Position numbers and translations under genes: made by a program
Shown: positions 1-11,978 of the stretch, one piece after another
Position numbering within the stretch: position 1 is the stretch's first letter
How the letters are laid out: the number at the start of each line of letters is the position of its first letter
Source of the DNA: Felis catus
Lineage: Eukaryota
Assembly (NCBI RefSeq): GCF_018350175.1
Contig: NC_058383.1
Location: 28,832,001-28,896,000 of the forward strand
Length of the DNA stretch: 64,000 nucleotides
Reading direction: 5' to 3'
Notes under the pieces: generated by a model
Database searches by the model: none
What the model was told of the DNA's origin: nothing
The model's input: only the letters and a program-made list of their open reading frames with translations

Positions 1-349
1 ATTCTTACTAAAACAGTTAACATCTTTCTAGGTCGATAACGGCCAGGTGTTTGAGGACACTCAGAACAGCCGTGGAAAGGGCTACCTCTTGGGGGCCTGA
101 GAGCTCTGGCCCATCTGGATTCTCCTCTTGGCTTTGCCACACCTTAGCCATGAATCCTTGAAAGCCAGGTCTCGGTGCTAGGCTGCCTAGAATACTCCCC
201 TCACAAGACTGTTAGACGGATGTTTAGTGTAAGCCAAGTGCCTGGCATAGCATCTGACGCATACAAAGTGCATGGGAATATGCCAACCAGTTACGTCAGC
301 TGTGTGACTTCATCGGCTTCGGTTAACAAACCCATATTGGCTTTTTCAG

Positions 350-475
350 ACTTTAGTTGCCGGTCTTACATCAAACAAGCCAGCAGATAAGCTCCGTGCC
401 CTGCCGCTGTGGTTGTCTTTACAGTACTTGGGGCTTGATGGGATTGTGGAGAGGATTAAGCACGCCTGCCAGCTG
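350..475 (+). CDS. PDXDC1: PDXDC1 coding exon (1st of 12 in window; upstream exons outside)
   Basis: ttttcag|...|gtgagt; TLVAGLTSNKPADKLRALPLWLSLQYLGLDGIVERIKHACQL matches recalled mammalian PDXDC1; phase 0-0. Confidence 0.95.
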
Positions 476-1770
476 GTGAGTAGAAACCTGCAGTTTGAAT
501 GAGTCACAGATACTCCATGGCGAAGGCAGAGACAGAAAACCGCCTCGTTGCCTTACTCATCATCCAATACCGTGTTGTCTGGATTTCGCATCTCCTAAGC
601 AAGCAGACCTGAAGTGCACATTCGCCGTTGGAAGTTCTGGGGGAGACTGCTGGGGTGGCCCATCGTTAGTGGCCGGATGAAATCAGATTAGATGAATGCT
701 CGTGTCATTGTAGGATGAGGAAAGAAGTGATAGGATGAGAGCCAGGGAGCGGAAAAGGAGCAAAAGGGGGGCGGAGGGGGGTAGTTAACATGGCCCCCAG
801 CCGGCTGTCTCTTGAAGGGGGAAGGAAATATGGCGGCCTTAGGGGTGGGGATGGATTGTCTGCGTATTTTTAATACCAGCTGTCTTGGGCTCCCAAATGG
901 CAAGGCTCTAGAGATGCTTCTAACTCTCCTTCTGTATGAGGTGTTCTAATTGTGAAAGTATATGTACAATTATGCTACAGTTTAGAAAGCAAAAAAGAGG
1001 TCACGTTTATGCAGTTTGCGAGCTGCGTCCTACCTGAGCCTGAAAGCGTGGCGTCGCCTCTCTGTAAGTCCGTTCGCTTACCTGGGAGACAGGGGTGATG
1101 TGAAAGATGGTTAGGCCTTCATGAGCTTGTGCCTGCGAAGCTCTTGGAGTGTTGCCTGGTCACATGCAGATGGGTTTAAGAATAAACCTTGGTCTGCAAC
1201 GTGTTCTGTGGAATCGGTACTTCCTCAAGTGTCATTTTTATAGTGAGGAAAAATCCGTGTTTTTGTGTTGCTGTGGCAGCTGCCTCTTGGTTCATCATGT
1301 CAGGATGGTTCCTCCTGACGCTAGTTTCTGATGCAATAGGGACATTCTGAAGGAAGTAGTTTCATTGTCACATGAGGTAATGTTGAGGTCTTTGTCATTA
1401 TGTTTCCAAAGCACATTTCTGAAAAGTTTCCTCACTGGGCCCTCAGCTCCCATGTTGAAGTTTGGTTGTTCGGAAGGAGAGGCCTTTATTGCCCCGGTAA
1501 CTTAGTCACTTTGGGGAAGGTTCAGGCCCTCGGGGGAGAGCCCTTCAATTCCCTTTGGCCTCCGGAGGGCAGGGAGATAATGAGACATTCTCTGGCAAAC
1601 CCTCAAGGCCGCCGCAGCTCTGTCTGCCTGCAGGCACACGGACGCAGTCCTGCCGAGGACCTCAGTGACATCCTGTCGCTGACCCTGTAGTGGGAACTGC
1701 AGGGAAATGTAGCCCGTGCGGCTGTTACCAGGTGCCGGGTTCCCTGGGGGCGGAAGTCAGGCTGCTGCTG

Positions 1771-1998
1771 CTCCTCCTCCTCTTCCTCCTCTTCCTCCTC
1801 TTCCTCCTCTTCCTCCTCTTCCTCCTCTTCCTCCTCTTCCTCCTCTTCCTCCTCTTCCTCCTCTTCCTCCTCTTCCTCCTCTTCCTCCTCTTCCTCCTCT
1901 TCCTCCTCTTCCTCCTCTTCCTCCTCTTCCTCCTCTTCCTCCTCTTCCTCCTCTTCCTCCTCTTCCTCCTCTTCCTCCTCTTCCTCCTCTTCCTCCTC
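1771..1998. repeat. (CTCCTCTTC)24 homopyrimidine/homopurine tandem repeat
   Basis: 24 perfect 9-mers at 1777-1992 with CTC overhangs, followed by (TCA)n(TCG)n. Confidence 0.97.
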
Positions 1999-2374
1999 CG
2001 CTTCCTCCCTTCATCATCATCATCGTCGTCGTCTTCATCCTCCGGGGAGGCCATCAGGACTCATTTTCTCTGCAGCCACCTCGGTGCCCTGCGCACGCAC
2101 CGCCTCATTTGAACCTTGCCGGGGTGGAAAGTCCGCTGATGACACACCAACAAGTAGTGTTCATGAGGGGTTTTCCAGCGTCCCACACTCAGTAAGCATT
2201 GGAGGGATGAACCCTGAAGTACACGTTCTTTTATCCCCGTGGCAGTGATGAGAGGCCTGGGGCTGGGACGCTTCTAGAACGGTGAGGACGGAAGTCCTCA
2301 CATGCATGCTGCCCTCCAGAGACCCCTTCCCGGCGCTTGCCATAACCACCCTGTCAGATAGCTGCTGCCCTCCC

Positions 2375-2470
2375 CGTCTTATAACTGAGGGACCTGAAGC
2401 CCAGAGAGGCTAAATGACTTGTCCAAGGTCATAGCTAGTAAGTGGCAGATGAACTTAACTCATCGTCCTA
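2375..2470 (-). mobile_element. MIR fragment
   Basis: gaggga..tgaagcccagagaggctaaatgacttgtccaaggtcatagctagtaagtggcag resembles the MIR core. Confidence 0.65.
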
Positions 2471-2754
2471 CAAGTGGGGTATTGAACTCCGGTTTGGTTA
2501 TTCCAGACCTCGTGTTCCAAATAGTTGTAATAATGCTGTGTTCTCTCACTTACCTTTTCTTTTCCTTCCCCAGAATCAGGTACTGTGCCTGGCACACATG
2601 TGGACTCAGTAGTTTGGGTGGGGTTTTTTGAGCTATAATTAACATGTTAGTGTCAGGTATACAACATAATGATTCAATATTTGCATATATTGGGAAATGA
2701 TTGCCACAAGTACGAGTCTAGTTAACACACATCACTGTACATCATTACATAATT

Positions 2755-2852
2755 TTTTATTTTAAGTAGGCTCCACACCCAGTGTGGGGCTTGAAGTCAC
2801 AACCCTGAGATTGAGTCGCACACTCTAACCACTGAGGCAGCCAAGTGCCCCT
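2755..2852 (-). mobile_element. Short Can-SINE
   Basis: Reverse tRNA-like head ending gccaagtgcccc, T-rich tail. Confidence 0.75.
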
Positions 2853-2878
2853 GGAAATTTGTATCTTTAAACCACCTT

Positions 2879-3100
2879 GGGGCGCCTGGGTTGGTCGGTT
2901 GAGCGTTGGACTTCAGCTCAGGTCATGATCTCACGGTTCGTGGATTCAAGTCCCACGTCAGGCTCTGTGCTGACAGCTCAGAGCCTGGAGCCTGCTTTGG
3001 ATTCTGTGTGTCCCTCTTTCTCTGCCCCTCCCCACTTGCGCTCTTTGTCTCTCTGCCTCTCTCTCTCTCCTTCTAAAAATAAACAACATTAAACAAAAAT
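2879..3100 (+). mobile_element. Can-SINE (SINEC_Fc-like)
   Basis: ggggcgcctggg head, tcaggtcatgatctc, (CT)n linker, A-tail. Confidence 0.9.
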
Positions 3101-3104
3101 TTAA

Positions 3105-3952
3105 GTCACTTTTATTACCCATTTCTCCCAGCTCCCAACCCCTGCCTGTGGCAACCACCAACCTGCTCTGTGTATTTATGAGTTGCGTGTTTTGTTTTGT
3201 TTTGTTCTAGATCCCACATGTAAGAGAAATCATACCATTGTCACAGATGGCAAGATTTTATTCCTTTTTTATGGTGAATAATATTTCATTGTGTATGTAT
3301 GTTACATGCTGTATATTTTCTTTTATTCAGCCATTGATGGACACTTAGGTTGTTTGTTTATCTTGGCACTTGTAAAAAAATGCTGTCATGATGGTGAGGG
3401 TGCAGATAACTTTTCAAATTGGTGTTTTTGCTTTCTTTGGATGAATACCCAGAAGTAGAATTGCTGAATCATAGGGTAGTTCTATTTTTAATTTTGGGGG
3501 AGCCTCCATACTGGTTTTCCATAGTGGCTGCACCAGTTTGCATTCCTACCAACAGGGTACAAGGGTTCCCTTTTCTCCACATCCTCACCAACATTTGTTA
3601 TTTCTTTTCAGCCATTCTCACAGGTGTGAGGTGATATCTCATTGTGTGATTGATTTGTGTTTCCCTGATGATGAGTGATGTTGAGCATCTTTTCATGTAC
3701 CTGTTGGCCATCTGGATGTCTTCTTTGGAGAAAAGTCTGTTCATGTCTTCTGCCCATTTTTTAAATCAGATTTTGGGTTTTTTTGCTTGCGTTATATATA
3801 TTTTGGATATTAATCCCCTTATCAGATAAATTGTCTGCAAATTTGTCCTCCCATTCAGTAGGCTGCCTTTTCATTTTGTTGATAGCTTCCTTTGCCGTGC
3901 AGAACCTTTTCAGTTTGATGTGGTCCCACTGGTTTCTTTTTGCTTTTGTTGC
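3105..3952 (-). mobile_element. LINE-1 3' fragment (probably continues at 2625-2755)
   Basis: Typical L1 ORF2-end/3' UTR antisense text (cattcctaccaacag, gatgttgagcatcttttcatgtacctgttggccatc). Confidence 0.85.
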
Positions 3953-4037
3953 CAGTTACTCAGTTTTTGAACGAGAGAATGGCTTATGTTGCTAGTACGA
4001 CAAATTCACATACGTCTCATGAGAAACCATTTTTCTG

Positions 4038-4264
4038 GGGGCGCCTGGGTGGCTCAGTCGGTTAGGCGTCCGACTTTGGCCCAGGTCATGATCTCACCTC
4101 CGTGAGTTCGAGCCCCGCGTTGGGCTCTGTGCTGACAGTGCAGAGCCTGGAGCCTGTTTCAGATTCTGTGTCTCCCTCTCTCTCTCTGATCCTCCTGCGT
4201 TCATGCTCTGTCTGTCTCTGTCTCAAAAATAAATGTTAAAAAAAAAAAATTAAAAAAAAAAGAC
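4038..4264 (+). mobile_element. Can-SINE (SINEC_Fc-like)
   Basis: Full head, CT linker, A-tail; TSD agaaaccatttttctg / agaaaccgcttttctg. Confidence 0.92.
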
Positions 4265-4573
4265 AGAAACCGCTTTTCTGGAAGCCCCAAATGTAAATTT
4301 CAACTGAAATCATCAGGGAATATTTGCGTTTCTGGAAAAGCAAGAATTGGCACCCTAACTCAGGAGCCATAGAGTGACAGATGGCTTTATCGGCCTGAGT
4401 TCTTTTGTCTGCAGGCCTGCAAAAACCATCATGGAAACCATGTTTCGATATGTTGTGTCAATCTAATGGATATCGTTAATCTAATGAAGTTATAACCCAA
4501 GTAATTATTAAATAAATACATATAATCTAATGACATTATAAAAATTAGAAGCTATTTTTTGTCTTTTTTGCAG

Positions 4574-4624
4574 AGTCAACGGTTACAAGAGAGTTTGAAG
4601 AAAGTGAACCACATCAAAATCTTG
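4574..4624 (+). CDS. PDXDC1: PDXDC1 coding exon
   Basis: ttttgcag|...|gtacag; SQRLQESLKKVNHIKIL; phase 0-0. Confidence 0.93.
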
Positions 4625-6039
4625 GTACAGTATATATGATTTGATCCATTTTTGAAGTTAATAACAACGTCAGTGACTTGGAATGATCTCCAGATTGGGT
4701 GCATCTCAGTGGAATTGTGACAGCTCCAGTAAAACCACATTCTTCAGAACAGATTCACGCACCAATGACCTAACTCTACAGAGAGCACAAATCTAGAGAT
4801 TTGCACCATATGCTGAACCCCTGTGGTGCTTTTCATACAATCGTGTGTAGTTTTGTTCTGTTAAAATGTAGAATTGCCCAAAAATCTAACAAACCCTATT
4901 GACTTCCTCTGCCCAGTGATTTTAGAAGATTCATATTACTGAAATGAAAAGTCATTTTGTCTCTCATAGTGTTTGGGGCAACTTTTTCTGAAACCTTCTG
5001 ACACCAGAGTTTTCATTTGCACAGATTGGGGAATAAGGAAGAGATCAAGTGGCCTTGTTTTTTATTCCCCCAGTATCCTCCTAAAATATGCCAGAATCTA
5101 TCAGACATTGCTGCTTAAGGGCAGTCATTAGACCCAGGATGTGAGGATTTAGCAGGGCTCATAACGAAATATCAGTTCAGGTTTGAATGTTCTTATGTTT
5201 TGCCTCGTTATATTTTAGAATTTCAGGAAATAGAGGTCAGATTCTAATTTAAATAAGGCCACTGAGTGTTACTTTGACGATCCTGCAAGATGCAGTTAAG
5301 TTTAAAACTAATACTTAAGTTTTTCTGGGGTTCGAGTTGGTATAGTTGATTCCATTTTAGTGCACGGTTTGCTTTAAGTGCCTGAGGGGGGCGCTGCTGT
5401 GCGTTGCCTTCTGAGTAGGAGCTTGGAGCCTTTTCAGTTGACCTGAGATGACCCAGGTTCTAGCTTGGAAGAGGAGAGTGGCCCATTGGAGAAGCAGAGG
5501 GATGAATGTAAGTCAGGAGACTTGGGTTCTAATTTCAGCCGTACCACTGACGCCCTATGACATTGAGTCATTTTCTTTGCTGCCTAAGCCTGTGAGCTCA
5601 GTTGTCGGCGAAGGTATGTTGGTTGGACTCCTTTGGTTGTAAACAGAGAAGCCCAAACTGGACTAGCATGAGCAAGATGGCAGGAATCAAGGCGGTGCTG
5701 GGCCTGTGGACCTTGTTCCCCTCCCTCACTGAGCCCACTTGGGCTCCTCCTCACGTCCCCTCTGCCCCCCTGTCCTTCTCCAGGCAGGGAGATTGTGCTG
5801 GTGCTAGTTAATCACCAGAGGGTTTGGAGCATCTTTGGAAGGCGGTACATGGTCCGGGCATGAGCCCTGCTGCACCCCTCCTTCCCGTGGATGCTCGTCT
5901 CCGTAGATACACAGTAACTGGCAAACACCGTGAGGCACTGTGACTCCGGTAATAATTGTCATCACAGCAGCTGTCTTGAAATGCACGCCGTGTACCATGT
6001 GTACCACGCGTGGCACCCAGTGCACACGTTCCTTCATTT

Positions 6040-6375
6040 AACCCTGACAGCAGCCGCCTTCGTATTTGCTCTTCCTTCTACCTGGAAACACTGTTCCCTT
6101 CAATTCTTTTCATGCCTGCTTTCTTACCCTTGAGGTGTTCGTTCAAGTACCCCCTCTTCAGAGAGGTCTTCCCTGGCCATCCCCCCTAAAGCAGGCCTAC
6201 CACCGCCTCTCACTCTGTCCCCTGGGTTTTGTTGTTCGTGGCAGTTATTACTACCTGAAGTCGTATATTTGTTCATTGTCTATTTTTCTTTGTCAAAGCT
6301 TTGTAGAGGCAGGGACTTTTGTCTTGTTTTTCTTTCACGGTTTTGTGTACCGTGCCGGGTACTTGGCATAGATAC
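6040..6375 (+). mobile_element. L2 3' fragment
   Basis: ctcttcagagaggtcttccctg...gaggcagggactttgtcttgtt resembles the L2 3' end. Confidence 0.55.
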
Positions 6376-6424
6376 TGGAGCCTAAGTCAGTCAGTCTGAT
6401 CTGGGAATTGGTTGCAGCGGCTGC

Positions 6425-6545
6425 CGCATCTTTACTGGCGAGGAAGCTAAGGCACAGAGAAGTTAAGTGACTTGTTCCTGCCACACAGCTAGGATGGGAT
6501 AGAGCTGTGATTCACACTCCGAGGCCCGTGTTCTTAACCGGTGGA
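6425..6545 (-). mobile_element. MIR fragment
   Basis: gaggaagctaaggcacagagaagttaagtgacttg. Confidence 0.65.
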
Positions 6546-7299
6546 CCAGTCTGTGTCCGGTCAGTTTACAGAAGTTAGCACTTGTCCTCCTTCGGTGGCT
6601 CGTGATGAAGGGCGTATCAGATAATGTATGAGAAAGCAACATGAAAATTGTAAGGCACCGTAAAATACAGGTCAGTATTAAATGTCTTCTGTCGCCACAA
6701 TATCTGTGTAGTGCTTACGTAGATACTGCGTCCTCGGGTTCTCGAGACGTCGCTGTGGTAGAGCGGTGTTATTTCCGTCTCTGTGTGGCGGTGTGGTCAG
6801 GTCCTGAGCCACATGATGGTATGTGGCACAGCCAGGACTTGACCCCGGGGTGTGTGAGATTAGCCGCGTCTGTGCACAGTGGCTCCTTCCGCAAGCTCCC
6901 CGGGGGTCTTCTTGCCCACGTAGGCGGCCGGCTCTGGGGGAGCCTCTCAGGCCCGAAGCGCCGACCCGCTTCCCCAGCTCACCAGGGCCCGGGGCCGCCT
7001 CCGGGGCACAGGGAGGCCGCGGGGAGCCCCTCTGTCCGTGTGTCAGTGTAGGTCTTGTCCGCAGCCGCCACCGAGGCTGCTGTTGTGCTAGCCCGGCGGC
7101 ACGTGGGCTGCGTCCCACACTCGCGCTTCAGGGGGAAATAGGGTATTCCACCCCCACACCTGCAAGTCTCAGCCCCGTGCGGCACTTACGTCTCTGCTGT
7201 CCTTGAGGCTCTCCAGCTTCTGCTACTTTGACCGTGGCCATGGTGTGTCCGAGTGAGGACTGTGTAGATCCTGCTTGGTTGGGACTTGTGCTCATGTAA

Positions 7300-8215
7300 G
7301 CTGAGGAGTTGTTTTTTTTTTTTAATTCTGTGCAGTTTGCGTTTTCATATATGACCTCCTTCTCCGATCTCACCAGCATGGTGAACATTGTCACGGGTCC
7401 CTCTTCCTTCAGCCCCTCTCCTCCTTCTCGCCTCTGCCTCCTGTCCTGGCACCTGAGCAGCCTCTCATCTGTGTCGGCCGTGTTTTCACTTTCAGTGATA
7501 CCTGCCTCCTTCCAGCGTGTTCCCTTGAGCTCTTGTTAAGTCATTGTTCCCTTTTTGGACATCCCTTTTTCTTTTTCTTTCCTTTTTTGTTTTTGTTTTT
7601 GCTTTTGTTTTTATGCTTCCTGGTCCTCATTTCTCTAAGCACGGTCATCAGAGTATGTTTCCTTTTGGAGCACAGATTGTCCCTTGTTGCGTCTGCTGCC
7701 GGGTGTGTGCTTCACTTTTCATTATGAGCTGCGTGTTTTTCTCATGTGTGACGGGCGAAGGTCCGTCTGTCAGTTCCACAGCTTCGGGACTCCCGCACCA
7801 AATGGCACGTACGGCCCATGGCAGTACACCCCTGACGTTTCGCTCTGTGGTGCATTTTACTCCCTGTGTAGACGGAGCCTCAGGCCGCAGGAAGCCCTCT
7901 TGCTGGTCGGCAGATTGAGCTTTTCTGCCCCTCTTCTCCTTTAGGGGTCCTGGCATGACGTGCGCTCACCACCATCTGCACACGGGCCCGAAGACCCTGG
8001 GTGTCACAGCGGGTTCCCCTCCCTGCTCCCCGCTCGCCAGCCCCTGCTCCGCTGACGATATTCTTTGTTTTCTTTCTCGATTCGTTGTTCTTGTGAGCTT
8101 AGCAGCGGTTATGTTGGGATTTTTGGTTTTTTGGGGTTTTTTTTTTTTTTGGTTTTGGTATATGTAATCCAGCATTTCAGTCTGCCATGTTGCTAGAGCC
8201 AGAATTCTCTGTTTA
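7300..8215 (-). mobile_element. Possible very old L1 5'/ORF1 remnant
   Basis: Pyrimidine-rich + strand and A/G-rich minus strand loosely like L1 ORF1; no diagnostic peptide recognised. Confidence 0.25.
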
Positions 8216-9093
8216 TAACCATGTACAGTATTTCTCATGCACTGACATTTGAGTCCACTGAGCTCAAAGAAATAAGAAACCAAGACTGTATTAGACTATA
8301 TATAGAAGTCTGGTTACTCAAATCATCCTGCTTCATTCATCCTGACTGAGGTTGGGGGAATGGGCATAGAATTTTGTTGCTTTTGTTTCTGTTTCCTTCT
8401 TGGATTTACTCCATTCTATTTAGATATTAAGGCTCTCCAAGTGTTAAAAGTACTAAGAGAAAAAAAAAAGCATTAATAGATTTATGTTTACGTGAAAGTT
8501 AAAGGAGATGATAGATAGGTAACACAGCCATCAGCTTAATAAGGTGGCAAATTTGATACACATCTTGCTTGGCCTAAATACATCCCTGTGTTCCGTTGAC
8601 AGGTTAACAGCGCAGACCTTGGGCCACCTCCTCCTGGCTTTGCAAGTTAGCGTTTCCACTATGGAGACATCGCATGCAGAGCCTTGGAAAATAGGCTTTA
8701 TAACTAGAACTGTTGAGTGCTTACACATCTGTCCCTGTGTGCCATATTCTGTCAAGAACATTGCTGTTCCCTTTGTATCCTGACCCCGTAGTGGAGCTGA
8801 TGAGCCGGTCCACTGTTCGATGGCGTCCGTGAACTTAGTGCTGGCTTGGCTTCATGCAGTGAACGTTTTCGTCTGTGATGAAATCTGCTAATGAAGTTAG
8901 TCATTAGTGAAGTTAATGAAGGACGCCTGTCCTGAATATAAGTACCACTTCAGTGATTTAGGAAATCCTTAGACTCAGCTCTAGACTGTTTATCTTCATT
9001 ACCAGCAGGACTTAAATCCTGTTTTACAAAGTTTTACAAAGTGAGAAGAAAGGAGTTTTCCTCTTTTTGTTTGTGACCATATAAAAAGTTTCA

Positions 9094-9284
9094 GGGATAC
9101 CTGGGTGGCTCCGTCGGCTAAGCGTCTGACTTCGGTTCAGGTCATGATCTCACGGTTTGTGGGTTTGAGCCCCGCGTGGGGCTCTGTGCTGACAGCTCGG
9201 AGCCTGGAGCCTGCTTCGGATTCTGTGTCTCCCTCTGTCTCTGTCTCAAAAATAAATAAGCATTTAAAAAAAATTTTTCTTCTT
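9094..9284 (+). mobile_element. Can-SINE
   Basis: Head and A-tail; TSD aaagtttcag. Confidence 0.9.
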
Positions 9285-9676
9285 AAAGTTTCAGCCCTGC
9301 TTAAGTTAGCATAATTTCTAGGTTGTTGGAAGCTTCCGCTCTCCCAGCACTGATTCTGGTCCTTCTTTTTCCTCTTCTTTGATCTTTAACGGCAGGCCTC
9401 TGTTTATTATTATTACAGTTTGCTCCTGCCTTAATTTCAGTATACCTCTGTCAGATGTCATAATCCAGGAATGTGTTCTCGGAACCGGCTTATAATTATT
9501 TCCAGGAATTTTACTAAACCCTTGATTTCTATTTCTGTAGCAACTGAAATTAACATTTGAATCTTACGTGTTTACGAAGAACCTATGCTATCTGTAGCCT
9601 GCTTTTCAAACTCGCTGTTTCATTTTGCAGGTGTTGGATGTAATGTTAATTGGTAACATCAGATTGTATTTTTCAG

Positions 9677-9740
9677 GTGGAAGATGAGCTCAGCTCTCCA
9701 GTAGTGGTGTTCCGATTTTTCCAGGAATTACCAGGCTCGG
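9677..9740 (+). CDS. PDXDC1: PDXDC1 coding exon
   Basis: tttcag|...|gtaggt; VEDELSSPVVVFRFFQELPGS; phase 0-1. Confidence 0.95.
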
Positions 9741-10018
9741 GTAGGTGACTTTAAAAAGCATAATTTTTGTATTTGTGTCTAAGGGCTTTGGATTTTAAAC
9801 CATTTCAAGTTACATAGATAGTCCAAAATATTTTGACTGCTAAAATCTGTAGTCATCATTTTTTCAGAAAATGTTAATGATTTTCACAAGAATTCTGGTC
9901 CTAAGTGCCTTGATAGCATTTTAGTGATAGTTTCCTGTGATCAAACCAGTGGTTTCCAAATGCCAGTCCCTAGACCTAGTGCTAGAATGAGTGAAGAGAG
10001 ACCAGGATGCGTGCGCAG

Positions 10019-10020
<2 letters not shown>

Positions 10021-10063
<43 letters not shown>
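10021..10063. repeat. (AC)n microsatellite
   Basis: About 21 AC units. Confidence 0.95.
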
Positions 10064-10065
<2 letters not shown>

Positions 10066-10264
10066 TAACCTCATGTTTTCACACTCATTTGCCATCGTGT
10101 TTTTAATGTATGTTTACACTGTATTTTAAATTACTTAAAACGTAAACTATGTTAAGCATAAAAAAGAAAGAAAAGGAAATAGAGATTTGGGGGCTCTACT
10201 TCCTAGATACTTTGATTCATGAGGTTGGATCCAGGAATCTCTATTTTTACAGGGTGCCCCCAGC

Positions 10265-10920
10265 GCCACCAGCCTAGTCCAGGGCACCGTTACTTCTCAC
10301 CCGGACGGCCGCGGTCCCCACTCGACTGATCTGTCACTTCTGTGTACTGCACATACCCCATTCCAGCCCATTCTCTGCACGCGGTCAGACTGGGCAGTAC
10401 ATGTGGGAATCCATGCGCGCCCTTCCGCTGCCCAGACCCTCAGTTTCTTACTATTTCTAGTGAATAAGGTCCAGGCTCAGTACCAGGCCTTGTAAGGCCT
10501 ATGGAGTCCAGCCCTTGCCGTCTTCTCTGACTTCCTTTTAGGCCACCTCTCCTCTCGATCATTGTGACTTAGACTGGTCTTCTCTGAGTTTCTAGAATAT
10601 TGTGCCCTTTCCTCGAGCAAGACCTTTGCACTTGCTGTTCCCTTTACCTCGAGCACATTTCCCTTCACTCTTCTTCTGGCTGGCTCCCTGTCACCATTCA
10701 GGTCTCCGTTAGGTGCACCTCCTTAGAGAGGCCTTCCCTGTCCATGCTAAGGCGACTCCATCATGCTGTATCGGAGTCCCCGCCTTCTTTCATGGCACCA
10801 ACAACAATATATGGTGATTTCAGTTCTTTCTTTATGGTATTTCTTCAGTAGAATGTAAACAGCTAGATGACACTTCCTTATATCTGGCGTGCCCAGCACA
10901 CCGCCCAGCAGGAGTAGGCG
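10265..10920 (+). mobile_element. L2 fragment
   Basis: aggccttgtaaggcc, gacctttgcacttgctgttccct, ccttagagaggccttccctg, tagaatgtaa. Confidence 0.6.
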
Positions 10921-11166
10921 CCCTGGCCATCTGAAAGGAGGAGAAGTCTGTTGTGAGGCCCGCTTGGGGTGCTCTCAGGTGCTCTGACTTCCCTCGCATA
11001 GGGGTTGATAGACTAGCTGGTAACTTACAGTGTTACATTTTGATTTCCTCTGGAAGTTCCTTTAAAGAAAAACTTCGCAAATGAGACTAAGAATTCTATT
11101 TGTGAGACAGTATTCAGGTGTTATATTTTCCCCGAGAAAAAAACTGTGGAAGCTTAAATCCCCTCT

Positions 11167-11367
11167 GTGGGCGTCTGGGTGGCTCAGTCGGTTAAGCATC
11201 CGACTTCAGCTCAGGTCATGATCTCCCGGTTCATGAGTTCGAGCCCCACATCCGACTCTGTACCGACAGCACGGAGCCTGGAGACTGCTTCATACTCGGT
11301 GTCTCCCTCTCCCTCTGCCACTCCCCTGCTCACACTCTGTCTCTCTAAAAATAAAGCTAAAAAAAAC
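11167..11367 (+). mobile_element. Can-SINE
   Basis: Head, CT linker, A-tail. Confidence 0.9.
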
Positions 11368-11399
11368 CCTTCTGTAAGATAAACACATGCAAAAATTTT

Positions 11400-11765
11400 T
11401 ACTTGTGGTAAAATGTGTACAGTTAAGTAATGCTGCACAGATTCACGTGGTTGTTCAGCAGCCCTCCGGAACTTGTACGTCTTGCAAAACTGAAACTCCA
11501 CACCCCTTAGACACTCCCCTCCAGCCCCTGGCAGCCACCATCTACTTTGTGTCTCTGAGTCTGGCTACCTTAGGGTCCCCATAGAAGTGGAATCATACAG
11601 TGTGAGTCTTTGTGTAACTGGCTTATTTCACTTGATGTAACGCCCTCACGTTTCATCTGTATTGAGCACCGGACAATTTCCTTCCTTTTTAAGGACGGAC
11701 AACACTACACCTGTATGTACGTACTCATTTTTTTCTATCCATTCCCTGTGACGTCAGCACTTGAT
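11400..11765 (-). mobile_element. LINE-1 3' UTR fragment
   Basis: ccagcccctggcagccaccatctactttgtgtctctg...gtggaatcatacag...ctggcttatttcactt. Confidence 0.75.
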
Positions 11766-11889
11766 TTCTGTAGTATTTGAGGCTTTTCTCCCGGGTTAGT
11801 GTTGGGAGCTCAGTGAAAGGGGCTTTGAGGAGCGTGTGTGGAGCTGTGTTTCCGGAAGGTGAACCCTCTTTTCTGTGTTTTGGTGTCAG

Positions 11890-11978
11890 ATCCAGTGCCG
11901 ACAACTGTCCCAGTGCCTAACATGGCACCTTCAACGGTCGGCCGGGAGAGACATTCCTGTGATGCCCTGAACCGCTGG
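11890..11978 (+). CDS. PDXDC1: PDXDC1 coding exon
   Basis: gtgtcag|...|gtaaga; (D)PVPTTVPVPNMAPSTVGRERHSCDALNRW; phase 1-0. Confidence 0.95.

Noticed and set aside
1690..2195. ORFs encoding (LLF)n, (PPL)n, (RRK)n and (RGG)n, resembling formin, protamine or RGG proteins
   Set aside because: All are translations of the same stop-free 9-mer repeat; no independent coding signal
4038..4120. tRNA gene (A/B-box-like sequence)
   Set aside because: It is the tRNA-derived head of a Can-SINE with CT linker, A-tail and TSD
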